From contig NC_092671.1 of NCBI RefSeq assembly GCF_964355755.1, positions 5,084,001-5,148,000 of the forward strand: DNA of 64,000 bases, in the 5' to 3' direction. Every line of letters starts with the position of its first letter. Positions within the stretch are counted from its first letter, which is position 1. This stretch comes from Antedon mediterranea. Lineage: Eukaryota > Animalia > Echinodermata. Shown piece after piece: positions 63,301 through 64,000 of the stretch. A model generated the notes under the pieces. The model did no database searches. It was not told the origin of the DNA and was given only the letters and a program-made list of their open reading frames with translations. Position numbers and translations under genes: made by a program.

Positions 63301-63544
63301 ATAAACAGGGCTACAGTTAGGTAAAATCTATGAATATCGAATATATTATACACATTAAAAAAAGGAAAATAAATAAGACAAACAATGGACTATTTAACTA
63401 GGCCTAGAGTATAAGACTAAATAAATTAAAATCAATTTAATGAATAATGATTGTTTCTATTCTATATTTATAAGGTAGGTCTAGGCCTATAATAAGAAAG
63501 AATGTTTTGTGGGTGCTATTAAGGACTAAAGTAACAGTTACAGT

Positions 63545-64000
63545 ATGGGGAAAATATGCAAGATTGTTGTGTGTGGAGGAACTTCTGTTGGAAAGACGTC
63601 CATCCTTCAACAGGCGTTGCATGGCAAAGTAGAGGTATGTGAAAAATAAATTATTAATATTATTGTTTATCTTGATTTTCCTTTTTTTTTGGACATCTAA
63701 GCTATGATTCTGTGTCCCTCTGGTACATTCTATCTATAGTTACTGATTCTTCAGATTCTTCCAAAACTTCTAAACAGCTTTTAAGTTGGTTAACATTCAT
63801 AACTGCTATTACGTATTTTCACTAACCTTTTTTTAATACAGTATATTTAATTAATCTACAACTGAAATAAAGAGCTACGCTTTCAAAGTATTTTTATAAA
63901 TTGACTAAAATTAAAAGATATTGTTTTATTTTTGTACACAGACACCACCATTTAAAACAATTGAAGATATCCATGTTGCAATAATTGACACAGACAGAGG
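63545..64000 (+). CDS. NKIRAS: NF-kappa-B inhibitor-interacting Ras-like protein (kappaB-Ras), 5' part; continues beyond window
   Basis: Exon 63545-63634 MGKICKIVVCGGTSVGKTSILQQALHGKVE; exon 63942-64000 TPPFKTIEDIHVAIIDTDRG; matches the kappaB-Ras pattern MGKxCKxVVCG..SVGKT.ILEQ / EDIY...ETDRG. Confidence 0.85.

Overview
AT-rich, intron-rich animal (invertebrate-like) genomic DNA, not prokaryotic. It holds: (1) a ~23.6 kb, 26-coding-exon senataxin (SETX/Sen1)-like SF1B helicase gene on + (5282-28914), with a giant repeat-filled exon carrying a 1-nt frameshift, a GC-AG intron after Walker A and a probable alternative last exon; (2) a tandem segmental duplication of a two-gene unit, a lysosomal/prostatic-type histidine acid phosphatase (+) followed tail-to-tail by a YitH/HolE-like GNAT acetyltransferase (-). 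In copy 1 the phosphatase last exon is split by a transposon and the GNAT is a rearranged pseudogene, while copy 2 looks intact; (3) the 5' end of a kappaB-Ras (NKIRAS) gene at the right edge. Non-coding DNA is dense in MITEs/foldback elements (several with TSDs and paralogous empty sites), satellites, SINEs, a LINE 3' fragment and three degenerate tRNA-Val(AAC) copies. Exon boundaries were read by eye from splice signals and reading phase; family names come from motif recognition, not a database search.
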